Positions 47,997 to 58,814 are shown, numbered from the whole stretch's first letter. The stretch: 62,132 nucleotides of DNA, filler included, from 7 parts of 7 records of this genome joined end to end with filler, not necessarily neighbours in it, one strand, 5' to 3'. A program made the numbers and translations. Notes: generated by a model not told the origin, from the letters alone.

Positions 47997-49387
47997 AACA
48001 GCACCAAGACGGCCAGCCCGAGGAAGGCGAAGAAGCCGACCACATCGGTCACCGTCGTCACAAAGGCGCCCGAGGCCAGCGCCGGGTCCACCCCGGCCTT
48101 TTCAAGGATCACCGGTATCGCGATACCGGCCAGCCCGGCGACCACCAGATTGACCACCATGGCCACCGCGATCACCCCGCCCAGTTGCAGCGACCCGAAC
48201 CAGACGATGCCGACAATCCCCATGATCACCGCAAAGGCGATCCCGTTGATCAGCCCCACCGCGACCTCACGCCGGATAACCCGCCAGATGTTCGACCCGG
48301 TCAAATCTTTGGTCGCCAGCGCACGCACCGCCACGGTCAGCGACTGGGTGCCTGCGTTGCCGCCCATCGAGGCGACAATCGGCATCAGCACTGCCAGCGC
48401 CACAACCTGCGTGATCGCCTCTTCGAACTGCGAGATCACAAGTGAGGCCATGACAGCCGTCAACAGGTTCACTGCCAGCCAGGGAAAGCGCCGCTTGGTG
48501 GTTTCAATCACCTTGTCCGACAGGCGGCTTTCGCCGTCCACACCGGCCAGCCGCAGGATGTCTTCTTCGTTTTCCTCATCCAGCACCGCCATGGCGTCGT
48601 CGATGGTGATCACGCCCACCAGCCGTTCATTGTCATCCACCACCGGGGCGGAAATCAGGTGGTACTGGTTGAAGGCATAGGCCACCTCTCCCTCATCCCG
48701 TGTCACCGGGATGGTGTGAAAGGTGTCCTCGACGATGGATTTCAGCAGCACGTCGCGCCGCGACGACATGATCTTGCCCAGCGTCACGTTGCCAACCGGG
48801 CGCAGCTTGGGGTCCACCAGAATCACATGATAGAACTGCTCCGGCAGATGTTCCGAACTGCGCATATAGTCGATGGCGTCGCCCACGCTCCAGTATTCGG
48901 GGGCCATGACCACCTCGCGCTGCATCAGGCGCCCGGCTGAGAACTCCGGATAGGCCAGCGACTGGCGCACCGCCGCCGCATCCCCGGCCTCCAGCGCGTC
49001 AAGGATGGCGTCCTGCTGCGCGGTCTCCAGATCCTCGACCAGATCGACCACGTCGTCGGTGTCCAGTTCGCGCACCGCCTCGGCCAGTGTCTGCGGCGTC
49101 AGCGCGGCAATCACCTCTTCGCGCAGCGCCTCGTCGAGTTCCGACAGGATCTCGCCGTCGATCTCCTTGTCGTAGAGCCGGATCAGCCGACCGCGATCAA
49201 AGGCGTTGATCTGTTCCAGAAGGTCGGCGATGTCCGCCGCGTGCAGCGGCTCCATCAGCTCTGTCAGCTGGGCGCGATCCTCGACATCCACTGCATAGAG
49301 GATCGCCGACACGGCCTTGCGGTCGAGGGCATAGGCGTCGTCGCGCTCGGGCGCCTCGGTGGTGTCTGCCTCCAGGTCTTCGGCCAT
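47993..49387 (-). CDS. mgtE: Magnesium transporter MgtE
   Basis: HAADIAD, CBS pair (SAGRLM), RFPWL, MGGNAGTQ, DPALASG..VTTVTD. Confidence 0.97.
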   Translation of the reverse strand: MAEDLEADTTEAPERDDAYALDRKAVSAILYAVDVEDRAQLTELMEPLHAADIADLLEQINAFDRGRLIRLYDKEIDGEILSELDEALREEVIAALTPQTLAEAVRELDTDDVVDLVEDLETAQQDAILDALEAGDAAAVRQSLAYPEFSAGRLMQREVVMAPEYWSVGDAIDYMRSSEHLPEQFYHVILVDPKLRPVGNVTLGKIMSSRRDVLLKSIVEDTFHTIPVTRDEGEVAYAFNQYHLISAPVVDDNERLVGVITIDDAMAVLDEENEEDILRLAGVDGESRLSDKVIETTKRRFPWLAVNLLTAVMASLVISQFEEAITQVVALAVLMPIVASMGGNAGTQSLTVAVRALATKDLTGSNIWRVIRREVAVGLINGIAFAVIMGIVGIVWFGSLQLGGVIAVAMVVNLVVAGLAGIAIPVILEKAGVDPALASGAFVTTVTDVVGFFAFLGLAVLVLL

Positions 49388-49497
49388 GGTTTTTCGCCCT
49401 CACACTGCTTCGCTTAGACAATAAGTCATGCACAGAGCGGGCAACAGGGGGGCATCAGAGATTTACCTTTTCCGAAAGCCCCCCTAGGCTTTGCTGC

Positions 49498-49782
49498 ATG
49501 AGCAAACAGCACTTGCACCTTGGTCAGACGCTGACCTTTTCCGGCGACCCGTTTCACGACGGGCTCGACACCGCGCGCCACAGCCGCCACGGCGCGCTGG
49601 TGGTCGAGGATGGCGTGATCGCCGCCGTGGGAGAGGCCGAAGATCTGCGCACAGGTGACTTTGCCAGCGTGACCGATCACGGCGCGTCCCTGCTGCTGCC
49701 CGGCTTTGTCGATGCGCACGCCCATTATCCCCAGACCGCCATGATCGCCAGTTGGGGCAAGCGGCTGATCGACTGGCTGAAC
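49498..49782 (+). CDS. guaD: Guanine deaminase (3' truncated)
   Basis: PGFVDAHAHYPQT..IASWGKRLIDWLN. Confidence 0.92.
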
Positions 49783-49882
49783 NNNNNNNNNNNNNNNNNN
49801 NNNNNNNNNNNNNNNNNNNNNNNNNNTTAATTAATTAANNNNNNNNNNNNNNNNNNNNNNNNNNNNNNNNNNNNNNNNNNNN
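49783..49882. other. Artificial contig spacer
   Basis: 44 N + TTAATTAATTAA + 44 N. Confidence 0.99.
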
Positions 49883-50071
49883 GGCAGGTTTTAATCTCGA
49901 TTATCGAGTAAAGGTATTAAGAATTAAGATTGAACAGTCCAGCACGGCAAGGTGTTGTATAATTACGCTAATTTTGCAACTGCTTTAACCTAGAGGGTTG
50001 GAGATATCGTCCAACAAGGCATCCAATTTTGCAAAGGATACCAAACCAGATTTTTGGAATTGATTTAGTTA

Positions 50072-51109
50072 ATGAAAAAGAAAACCACCATTTACGACAT
50101 TGCGGCCAAACTTGGTCTTACGGCTGCGACTGTGTCCAGGGCCTTAAACGACAATCCTAAGATCAGCAAAAATACCCGGCAGCTTGTTCTGGACACGGCT
50201 GTGGAAATGAATTATGAACAGAATAAAGTAGCCTTGGCCTTAAAAAGTGGGAAAAGCTATAATGTTGGGGTAATTGTTCCCAGAATAGACAGCAATTTTT
50301 TTTCATCGGTTATCCGCGGTATTGAAGAAGAGTTGCATCCTAAGGGATATCATGTAATTATATGTCAGACCAATAATCAGGAAAATATAGAAATTGAAAA
50401 AATAAACTCGCTCTTAAATGTACAGGTAGATGGAATTTTAATGTCTATTTCCAACGCCAATTTGGAGGATAATATGGGCTTTAATAAGTTGATTAGAAGT
50501 AAAAGGACTCCTTTAATATTTTTTGATAGAAAAAAGGATTTAAAAGGGGTTAGCTCAGTGACCATAGATGATTTTAAGGGTGGCTATGATGCCACCAAGC
50601 ACCTAATAGATCAAGGGTGCAAGCGTATAGCCCACCTGTCCAACGACCGACAGTTTGAAATTTTCAACAATAGGTTTTTAGGATATAAACAGGCCTTACT
50701 TGATAATGGTATTGAATTCGACGAAAGTCTGGTTATAGAAACCATGAGTAAGGTGGTGGAGGGCAGAAAATCCGCTAGGGCATTGCTGGATATGGACAGA
50801 CCACCCGATGCTATTTTTTCTTCCAGTGATTTTGCGGCTTTAGGAGCTTTACAGGAAATAAAGGAGAGTGGACTTGAAATTCCGGAGGACATTTGTATTG
50901 TTGGATTTTCCAACGAACCATTTACCAAATTTATGGAATTGACCACTATATCTTCAGTAGACCAGTTTCCTATGGAAATGGGGAAAGTGGCGGCCCAAGT
51001 TTTTTTGGAAGAGGTAAGCAATACCCAGGACACCAAAATATCCAAAAATATAGTGCTTACCCCTGAATTGATTGTAAGAAAATCGTCCTTAAAACATAAA
51101 GAAGGTTGA
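50072..51109 (+). CDS. LacI-family transcriptional regulator
   Basis: TTIYDIA...TVSRALN HTH plus periplasmic-binding-protein-like sugar domain. Confidence 0.96.
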   Translation: MKKKTTIYDIAAKLGLTAATVSRALNDNPKISKNTRQLVLDTAVEMNYEQNKVALALKSGKSYNVGVIVPRIDSNFFSSVIRGIEEELHPKGYHVIICQTNNQENIEIEKINSLLNVQVDGILMSISNANLEDNMGFNKLIRSKRTPLIFFDRKKDLKGVSSVTIDDFKGGYDATKHLIDQGCKRIAHLSNDRQFEIFNNRFLGYKQALLDNGIEFDESLVIETMSKVVEGRKSARALLDMDRPPDAIFSSSDFAALGALQEIKESGLEIPEDICIVGFSNEPFTKFMELTTISSVDQFPMEMGKVAAQVFLEEVSNTQDTKISKNIVLTPELIVRKSSLKHKEG

Positions 51110-51135
51110 AGTAATTATCTATTACTTCAACCTTC
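51101..51135. terminator. Inverted repeat between convergent LacI gene and uxaA
   Basis: Perfect 15-bp stem GAAGGTTGAAGTAAT/ATTACTTCAACCTTC. Confidence 0.75.
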
Positions 51136-51160
51136 CAAAATATAATTATTATGCCTATGG

Positions 51161-52771
51161 CTACAAGGATACTCCTCTACGCCATGGAATAAAATCGTTT
51201 TGATTCAACAATTTGGCCTTGGTCTGAATCTTACCACTGGCTACCTCGATTATAAAATCCAACATTTCTTCCGCCATTTCCTCTATGGTTTTTTCACCGC
51301 GTATTACCGCTCCGGTTTCAATATCGATTATATCTGGCATTCTTTCCATAAGTTCCGTATTGGAAGATACCTTAATAATTGGGGCAATAGGATTTCCTGT
51401 TGGTGTCCCCAATCCCGTGGTAAACAGGACCACATTGGCCCCCGAGCCTACCATGGCCGTGGTACTTTCCACGTCGTTTCCAGGTGTGCACAATAAGTTA
51501 AGGCCGGGTTTGGTTATGTATTCCCCATAATCCAAAACATCCTGTACCGGGGAGGTTCCCCCTTTTTTGGCGGCTCCTGCCGATTTCATTGCATCTGTAA
51601 TAAGGCCGTCCTTAATATTTCCTGGTGATGGGTTCATGTCGAAACCTGAACCTGCATCTACTACCGATTTCTCATAGGCCTTCATTAGCTTTAAGAATTT
51701 CTGTCCCTTTTCATCTTCCACACATCGGTTTACCAATTCCTGTTCAACCCCGCATAATTCTGGAAACTCGGATAATATGGCCGTTCCGTTCAAAGCAGCC
51801 AACAAGTCAGAAACCGCCCCCAAAGTGGGGTTTGCTGAAATACCTGAAAAACCGTCAGATCCACCACATTCCAACCCAACCCGTAATTTGGACAAAGGGG
51901 CCGGTTTACGCTCGGCATTATTGGCTTTTTTAATGGCCTCAAAGGACTCTTTTACAATGGCCGATAACATTTCATCTACCGTACCCATTTGCTGTTGCTC
52001 AAAAATAAGAACAGGTTTGTTGAGGTTTGGATTGATGGTGTTCAAGGCTTCTTTAAAAACACTTATCTGCAGGTTTTGGCAGCCCAAGCTCAATACTGTG
52101 GCTCCGGCCACATTGGGATTGTTAACATAGCCCGCCAATAGTTTGGCCAAGCTTTCGGAATCCTGTCGTATACCGCCACAGCCCCCTGGGTGGGTTATAA
52201 ATTTCACATCAATATTATCGAATACATTAGTGGAATTGCTTTCTACCGAGGCTTCTTCAGGGCTATTGTTCACCAAGGAGCGAAGCAACATCTGGTGGGG
52301 ATTCACTTTTTGTTTCAAAAGCTCCTTTTCAAAAACTTCCTTGAGGATTTCTATATTCCTGTTTTCACAAAAGACCAAGGGGAAAAATAGCCATACGTTT
52401 TCCGTTCCTACCTGTCCGTCTTCCCTATGATAGCCAAGAAATGTTTTATTTTTCCATTTTTCGACATTGGGAGCGGTCCAACCAATGGTTTCCGTTTTTC
52501 CAAAAACCTTTTCGCTTTGGTGTTTTACATTTTCGGTGGTGAGAACATCTCCCTTTTCAATTCTACCATTGGCACTTCCAACAAGCACTCCGTACATAAA
52601 GATACTGTCCCCGGCTTCAAATTTGTGCAGGGCAATTTTGTGTTTGGATTTGACATCCGATATCACTGTAATTTCCTCGCCTTCAAAGGAAATTACCTCT
52701 CCTGCCTTTAAATTGACCAAGGCAACTGCAACGTTATCCGATGAATTTACTTTTATAATTTTACTTTTCAT
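51161..52771 (-). CDS. uxaA: Altronate dehydratase (UxaA family)
   Basis: SAF domain DNVAVAL...HKIAL, HPGGCG, LGCQ, CGGSDGFSG.SANP, FTTGLGTP. Confidence 0.93.
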   Translation of the reverse strand: MKSKIIKVNSSDNVAVALVNLKAGEVISFEGEEITVISDVKSKHKIALHKFEAGDSIFMYGVLVGSANGRIEKGDVLTTENVKHQSEKVFGKTETIGWTAPNVEKWKNKTFLGYHREDGQVGTENVWLFFPLVFCENRNIEILKEVFEKELLKQKVNPHQMLLRSLVNNSPEEASVESNSTNVFDNIDVKFITHPGGCGGIRQDSESLAKLLAGYVNNPNVAGATVLSLGCQNLQISVFKEALNTINPNLNKPVLIFEQQQMGTVDEMLSAIVKESFEAIKKANNAERKPAPLSKLRVGLECGGSDGFSGISANPTLGAVSDLLAALNGTAILSEFPELCGVEQELVNRCVEDEKGQKFLKLMKAYEKSVVDAGSGFDMNPSPGNIKDGLITDAMKSAGAAKKGGTSPVQDVLDYGEYITKPGLNLLCTPGNDVESTTAMVGSGANVVLFTTGLGTPTGNPIAPIIKVSSNTELMERMPDIIDIETGAVIRGEKTIEEMAEEMLDFIIEVASGKIQTKAKLLNQNDFIPWRRGVSL

Positions 52772-52805
52772 TTTAATGACTTCTAATTAGTTTTGTTTTA
52801 ATGGC

Positions 52806-54251
52806 CTAATACCTTTTGCTGTAATTGGCAAATCCAACTTCAATACCATTTGTGTCAATTTCTTCCAAAGCAAGGGCCACCGCCTCTGTAAGATTAACGA
52901 CTTGAGTTAAATCTTCTCCCCAATACTCTACATTGCTCAAGACCTTTTTGGCTATTTCCAAATAATTATTGGATTCCCAGATTTTGGCAAAAGCATTCAC
53001 TATGTCATCACTGTCATTTACAGGTAGATTCTCTCCTTTCCAGCTGCCTTTATAAAAACGAATAAGGGCTGCAAAGGAAAAGGTGAGATTGGTGGGTATT
53101 TTTTTATGGGTGTCTGCATACTGCAATAAACTGGGTAAGACCCTCACCTTAAATTTGGAAACAGAATTTAGGGCGATACTGGATAGGTTGTGAATAATAA
53201 ACGGATTCCTAAAACGGTCCAAAACCTCTTCTGCAAAGCTGTCCAGCTCTTCCTTGGCCATTGGGAGCGTATGGTTAATTTCATTAAAAATGGCGTTATT
53301 AACAAATGTACCCGTAAAATCGTTGTCTACCGTTTGCTTTACTGTAGTATTTCCATATAAGAGGGAGAAGGGCACCATAGCGGTATGCGCACCGTTTAAG
53401 ATACGAACCTTTCTTGTTCTATAGGGCTGCATGTCCGCAACAATCTTTACATCCAGATCGGTTTTATGAAAGGGCAACTTTTCTTTAAGTTTTTCATCAC
53501 CTTCAATCACCCAAAGAAAAAATGTTTCTGCTGCTACAATTAGATTGTCCCTGTAGTCCAATTGGGCATTGTAAGCCTCAATTTCATCCTTTGGATATCC
53601 TGGTACTATTCGGTCTACTAAAGTATTGTGGAATGTGGAATGCGTATTAAGCCAAGTTTTAAAGTCTTCTCCCAGTTTCCAGTCATCGGCATATTTCAAT
53701 ATTATTTCCTTGAGATTGTCCGAATTATGATTGATCAACTCACAAGGAATTATAGTTAAACCTTTATTGGCATCCCCTTTAAAATGTTTAAAGCGCTCGT
53801 GTAACAGCAGGGTGAGTTTGGCGGGGAATGAACTCGGTGGCTGCATATCCATTGTATCCGTATTTACATACGCTATACCCGCTTCCGTAGTATTGGAAAT
53901 AATAAACTGAAGCTCCTCTTCTTTGGCTAGGCTCAGGTAGTCTTGAAAATTGCTGTAAGGGTCCACTCCTTTTACAATATTGGTGATAAGCTCTTTATGT
54001 TGAATCTCCTTGCCCTTCTGAATTCCTTTTAAAAATAAAGTGTAAAGTCCATCCTGATCGTTCAGCATTTTTACCATTCCCCGGTCTATGGGTTGCACCA
54101 CCGCTATGCCCGCATCAAAATTGGCTTCTTGATTTAATTTTTGGAAGGCGTAATCTACAAAGGCCCTTAAAAAGTTTCCTTCACCAAATTGTATGATTTT
54201 AATTGGCGGGGTCGATTCTAAATTGGTGTTTTTTCTGTTCAATGTTTTCAT
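52806..54251 (-). CDS. uxaB: Tagaturonate (altronate) reductase
   Basis: QFGEGNFLRAF, SNTTEAGI, PCELI, TLVDRIVPG, KVRILNGAHT, RFRNP; start MKTLNRK at 54251. Confidence 0.95.
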   Translation of the reverse strand: MKTLNRKNTNLESTPPIKIIQFGEGNFLRAFVDYAFQKLNQEANFDAGIAVVQPIDRGMVKMLNDQDGLYTLFLKGIQKGKEIQHKELITNIVKGVDPYSNFQDYLSLAKEEELQFIISNTTEAGIAYVNTDTMDMQPPSSFPAKLTLLLHERFKHFKGDANKGLTIIPCELINHNSDNLKEIILKYADDWKLGEDFKTWLNTHSTFHNTLVDRIVPGYPKDEIEAYNAQLDYRDNLIVAAETFFLWVIEGDEKLKEKLPFHKTDLDVKIVADMQPYRTRKVRILNGAHTAMVPFSLLYGNTTVKQTVDNDFTGTFVNNAIFNEINHTLPMAKEELDSFAEEVLDRFRNPFIIHNLSSIALNSVSKFKVRVLPSLLQYADTHKKIPTNLTFSFAALIRFYKGSWKGENLPVNDSDDIVNAFAKIWESNNYLEIAKKVLSNVEYWGEDLTQVVNLTEAVALALEEIDTNGIEVGFANYSKRY

Positions 54252-54348
54252 GGTCTTTCTTTTGATAATTTTTGTGGCCTTCTGTTTTTTTGTTGGTTTT
54301 CCGTGTATGTGATTCCCAAACCCATAATGCTCAGTACAATCAACACTT

Positions 54349-54370
54349 TGTAATCGATTGCACAAAAGTA
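54349..54370 (-). promoter_or_regulatory. LacI-type operator abutting the uxaB -7 promoter element
   Basis: Near-palindrome TGTAATCGATTGCA (54349-54362); minus-strand TACTTTTG at 54363-54370. Confidence 0.75.
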
Positions 54371-54582
54371 GTATAAATTATGATAATTCCAATTTTTTGA
54401 AATTGGATCTGAGTTGTTTATTTTTCAAGATGCATGAACTTACAAGCAGGTTAGCGCATAATTTTATTACCTATCCACTATTTAACCTATATACGGCACC
54501 AGCTTGTTATAGCCTTGCAATCACGGTTCCTGACCCTAATTTTAGCTGTTTAAGTAAAAACAGGGGTTGAAATTTCTGATTT

Positions 54583-55626
54583 TCATAGATCAATGACCTT
54601 CTTTTTCCTATTGCTTTTTAGTGCGGCTTCTATGACTCTAATGACTTCCATGCCTTCGGTTCCTGTGACCGGGACTAACCCATTGTTTCGCAAGGCTTGG
54701 TAAATACCTTCATAATATTCCATATAATCCCCATTTAGGGTAGGGACCTGTTCCCTTATGATCTTACCATCTTTCTCGGTATGCAATAGTCCTTTCTCCT
54801 TATCCGGTTCTGCGCCCCAATCCTTGGATCCCGGTATTTTTCCGGCCTGAAGTTCAGCTTCCTGAATATCGGCTTTGGATTTAATGAAGGTGCCCTTGGT
54901 TCCGTTCATAATATTTCCTGGCAAAGCCTCTCGGACATAATAGCTTGATTTTAAAATAACCCTATGGGTGCTATAGAATAATTTTATATCAAAGTAGTCC
55001 CCAACTTTGGAATTGGGGCGATAGGTATCCAGATCGGCAAAGACTGCATTTGGCATACCGAACAGCACCAAGGCCTGATCTATCAAATGTGAACCCAAGT
55101 CATATATACTTCCAACGGCGGCCGTGGGTATTTCCTTATGAAGCTTGTAACTCAGCCCTGGATCATAACGATCATAATGGATCTCTGCTTCAACAATGTT
55201 TCCTAGCCATCCCTCATCCAAAATCTTTTTGACCGTTTTAAAATCACTGTCATATCTTCTATTATGGTAAACGGAAAGTGCTACATTTTTTTCCTTCGCT
55301 AACTGGATCAGTTCTTCCGCCTGTTCAACAGTTGCAGTGAACGGCTTTTCTACAACTACATTTTTTCCGGAATTGATTGCCTGTTTGGCAAAATCATAAT
55401 GTGTAACACTTGGGGTATTTACAACTACCAGTTCAATATTTTGGTCTGCCAACATTTCTTCCAAAGTGCGGAAGGTTTTTATGTTTGGATATTTGGCCTG
55501 GGCGTTGTTTTTGGTCCTTTCCCAAACTCCGTATAAATTGAAGGCCGGATGTACCTCAATGAAGGGAGCGTGAAAAACGTATCCGCTCATTCCGAAAGAG
55601 CATAAAGCTGTGTTTATAGGTTTCAT
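54583..55626 (-). CDS. Gfo/Idh/MocA oxidoreductase (YhhX/IolW-like)
   Basis: FGMSG..FHAP, VVVEKP, YHNRRYDSDF, YDLGSHLIDQ. Confidence 0.92.
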   Translation of the reverse strand: MKPINTALCSFGMSGYVFHAPFIEVHPAFNLYGVWERTKNNAQAKYPNIKTFRTLEEMLADQNIELVVVNTPSVTHYDFAKQAINSGKNVVVEKPFTATVEQAEELIQLAKEKNVALSVYHNRRYDSDFKTVKKILDEGWLGNIVEAEIHYDRYDPGLSYKLHKEIPTAAVGSIYDLGSHLIDQALVLFGMPNAVFADLDTYRPNSKVGDYFDIKLFYSTHRVILKSSYYVREALPGNIMNGTKGTFIKSKADIQEAELQAGKIPGSKDWGAEPDKEKGLLHTEKDGKIIREQVPTLNGDYMEYYEGIYQALRNNGLVPVTGTEGMEVIRVIEAALKSNRKKKVIDL

Positions 55627-55715
55627 TGGTTTAAAGGTTTTAATTATAATATATAAGTTTTCAATATTAATGCTCTATTCCCAAGCAATTTCAAAATGCT
55701 CCTGGTCATCTCAAT

Positions 55716-56990
55716 TTAATCGATAAATAAGTTGGGCAATGCCAATGAGAACCATGGAAACAAGGTAACCAAAATCAACACCAAAAAACTGACCAACAAA
55801 AATGGTAGTCCGGCCTTGCTTACCGCTCCAATGGAAATCTTCCCAATACTGGAAGCCACAAAAAGGCAAACCCCTACGGGTGGAGTAGTTAATCCTATAA
55901 TTAAGTTCAGCACGGCTATCACGGCAAAATGTATGGGGTCCACGTCCACGGCTATAGCCACTTTTAATAAAATTGGGAAAAGTATCAGTAATGCGGCAAT
56001 GGTTTCCATAAAGGTACCTACTACGATCAAAAGCAAATTGATCAGTAGTAAAACCACATATTTGTTGTCCGAAAACCCCAGAATTTCAGCGGATATCTCC
56101 TGGGGAATTTGCTCTGTAATCAAGATATATCCAAATAGATTGGCAAAACCTACCAAGACCATCAAGGAGGCCGAAGTCTTCATGCTGTCCAGGATAATGA
56201 CCTGTGTGTTTTTCAAATTCAATTTTTTGTAAACGAACTTTCCAATAATCATAGCATAGACTACAGCGATAATAGAGGCCTCTGTTGGAGTGAATATTCC
56301 GCCCACAATTCCATAAAGGATAATAAAGGTCATCAATAGCGACCAAAAGGTATCTACAAAACTGCGTGCCATATCCCTTAAGCTGCTGCGCTTGTGCTTT
56401 GGGTATTTTTTTCGCTTGGATATAAAATAGGCGGTGAACATAAGACCAACGCCCAATAACAAACCAGGGAGTGCGCCTGCCAAAAACAATTTCCCTACAG
56501 ACAGGCCGCTCAAGGTTGCGGCTATGATCATGGGCACACTGGGTGGAATTATGGGGCCTATGGTGGAGGAAGCTGCTGTAACGGCACATGAAAAGTCCGT
56601 ATCGTAACCTTCCTTTTTCATGGCAGGGATCATAATGGAACCCATACTTGCCGTATCTGAAATGGCCGTACCCGAAATTCCTGCAAAAAGCATGGAAGCA
56701 CCAATATTGACCAGGGAAAGTCCACCGCGAATATGACCTAAAAGATGGTTGCAGAACTTAATTATCTTTTCAGTGAGCCCACCTTGGTTCATCAGATTTC
56801 CTGCAAGTATAAACCCAGGAACACTGAGTAATACAAAGACATCTATGCCCGAGTACATTTTCATGGGGACAATGATCAAAGGAACCCCTTTGATAACCAA
56901 ATAGCTTAAACAGGCAAGTCCTAAGGCGAAGGCAATAGGAAAGCGAAGTATCAGACCAAGAATAAAAACGATAACCAATATCCAAATCAT
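55716..56990 (-). CDS. dctM: TRAP transporter large permease
   Basis: FILAGNLM, FAGISG, GPIIPPS, FTPTEA, GLTTPPVG. Confidence 0.95.
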   Translation of the reverse strand: MIWILVIVFILGLILRFPIAFALGLACLSYLVIKGVPLIIVPMKMYSGIDVFVLLSVPGFILAGNLMNQGGLTEKIIKFCNHLLGHIRGGLSLVNIGASMLFAGISGTAISDTASMGSIMIPAMKKEGYDTDFSCAVTAASSTIGPIIPPSVPMIIAATLSGLSVGKLFLAGALPGLLLGVGLMFTAYFISKRKKYPKHKRSSLRDMARSFVDTFWSLLMTFIILYGIVGGIFTPTEASIIAVVYAMIIGKFVYKKLNLKNTQVIILDSMKTSASLMVLVGFANLFGYILITEQIPQEISAEILGFSDNKYVVLLLINLLLIVVGTFMETIAALLILFPILLKVAIAVDVDPIHFAVIAVLNLIIGLTTPPVGVCLFVASSIGKISIGAVSKAGLPFLLVSFLVLILVTLFPWFSLALPNLFID

Positions 56991-57451
56991 GGTCTAGAAT
57001 TTTTCATGATTTTCATAATTTTTATTAGGAGGTAATAAGTAATTGATGCAGACATTATAAAGATGCTAAAGAAGGCGATGCCCATATTGAAGCCCATACT
57101 GGGGGATTTTTCCGGTATTCCCAAAATCACGAATTTAATGGCGTATATGGCCATGACTACGAAAAGAACCAGGGTAATTGCCGGTACTGCCAGATTCAAT
57201 ATTTTTTTGATCCTTTCTGGGAATTGATGGTAAAACATGTCCAAATGCACATAAAATTCATTCTTCATAGCCAGACCTGCGGCGAAAGACATGGCATAAA
57301 TAAAGAACAGACGTGAGGCCTCCTCTGTCCAAGGAGGAGTATTGATAGGAGTAAAACGACAAATTATTTGAAGCAGAACAGTGAACAGCAGTCCATATGT
57401 ACTTAATAAAGTCCCCATTTTGAGCAGGCGCCCAATAGTTTTATTTGGCAT
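56987..57451 (-). CDS. dctQ: TRAP transporter small permease
   Basis: QIICR, WTEEASR, 4 TM; start MPNKTIG at 57451. Confidence 0.9.
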   Translation of the reverse strand: MPNKTIGRLLKMGTLLSTYGLLFTVLLQIICRFTPINTPPWTEEASRLFFIYAMSFAAGLAMKNEFYVHLDMFYHQFPERIKKILNLAVPAITLVLFVVMAIYAIKFVILGIPEKSPSMGFNMGIAFFSIFIMSASITYYLLIKIMKIMKNSRP

Positions 57452-58454
57452 TGTCTTTTTCTTTTTTGAGTTCTCGATAAATTTTTTGCATTTCGGGCGA
57501 TAGGCTTTCATAAATAGCCTTTTCGCTTTTTTTTGCAAAGGCTTCTTTGTCCACCTCTATAAATTGCATCCCATCGGCCTTTAATTTTTCCTGGACATTC
57601 TTTTCGTTTTCAAGATAGAGCTGGTGTTCATAAGCTTGCATTTCTTTACCTGCCTGTAGGAATATTTCCTGAAGGTCCGGGGGTAGCTTTTGAAATTGTT
57701 TTTCACCCACTACGGGGTACACCCAACTAATAACATGACCCGTAAGGTTGAGGTATTTCTGAACTTCCGAAAAACCGGCATTATCGATCATGGCGAAAGG
57801 ATTTTCCTGGGCCTCTATGGTGCCTTGTTGCAGTGAGGTAAAAACTTCTGAAAAGGCCATTGGGGTAGGTTTGGCACCCAAGGCGCTCCAGGTAGTTACA
57901 AATGCGGGAACATTAGGTACCCTGACAATTAAGCCTTTAAGATCATCTGGATGGCGTATTGGCCTATTTGAAGTTAAATGTCGTGGCCCCCTTTCAAAAT
58001 GGCCAAGGGCACGTAATCCGGCCTTATTAATCATTTCTTCCTCCATTAATCTGCCTACCGGACCATTTATGTAGCGGTTCATATCGGTAGAGTCCTGCAT
58101 TAAAAAGGGCAACTCGCAAAAAGTAGCCACTTCGAACCAATTGGTCAAAGTGGATCCGGTGGTGGTCAAATCGATAACTTCGGCCTGGATCAGGCGAATG
58201 GCCTCGATCTCTTTGGCCAATTGCTCCGAGGGGTACAGCTCTACCTTAATGCGTCCTTCGGAACGCTCCTCCACAATTTCCGCAAAATAGGCAAAGGCCT
58301 TGTACCAGGCATGATCTTCATTGACCAATAGAGCGGTCCGCATCAAAAACTCGGGTTCTTTTTTTTGGGTTTCACATTGGGTGAATAGGAATATGGAGCA
58401 TATGGGGATTATTAATGTAGCAAGGAAACGGGCCATCCGAAGTGGATTTATCAT
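57441..58454 (-). CDS. dctP: TRAP substrate-binding protein
   Basis: SEGRIKVELYP, LKGLIVRVP, PTPMAFSEVFTSLQQG..EAQENP. Confidence 0.95.
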   Translation of the reverse strand: MINPLRMARFLATLIIPICSIFLFTQCETQKKEPEFLMRTALLVNEDHAWYKAFAYFAEIVEERSEGRIKVELYPSEQLAKEIEAIRLIQAEVIDLTTTGSTLTNWFEVATFCELPFLMQDSTDMNRYINGPVGRLMEEEMINKAGLRALGHFERGPRHLTSNRPIRHPDDLKGLIVRVPNVPAFVTTWSALGAKPTPMAFSEVFTSLQQGTIEAQENPFAMIDNAGFSEVQKYLNLTGHVISWVYPVVGEKQFQKLPPDLQEIFLQAGKEMQAYEHQLYLENEKNVQEKLKADGMQFIEVDKEAFAKKSEKAIYESLSPEMQKIYRELKKEKDNAK

Positions 58455-58814
58455 GTTGTTGGGCTAAAAGTCATATTTTTCATAAATATAACTATTTAGT
58501 TTAAACATTAATAGAAAGAATAATCGTGAGGTAGGGGAGACGGATAATGGAATACACATTATTTTATATGACAAAGAATTTGCTTCCTAGTTTTGTAATA
58601 GCACAATAAGATATTGGAGATTTTAGTGTGAAAAACCCTATTGTATCCTCAAGGTTGCCAAGTTGTAATTGCAAAGATATGAAGGGCCATTTAGTTGGTA
58701 ATTGCTGTGCCAATAATCTACAATGATAAAATTCTTATATTCGGGGTATAGCTATGCTCAATACCTTGTCTTAGTTTATACATGGAACAATTATCATAAT
58801 CCTAAATCCCTAAA

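Noticed and set aside
41682-48940. Many long overlapping alternative-frame ORFs (e.g. 42356..43360, 46500..47633, 47922..48680)
   Set aside because: Shadow ORFs expected at high GC; each overlaps a well-supported gene and has no recognisable motifs.
41407-49782. GC-rich block as a horizontally transferred island in a Bacteroidota genome
   Set aside because: It is bounded by artificial spacers, contains truncated and housekeeping genes (mgtE, guaD) and has no mobility genes; these are separate contigs from other organisms.
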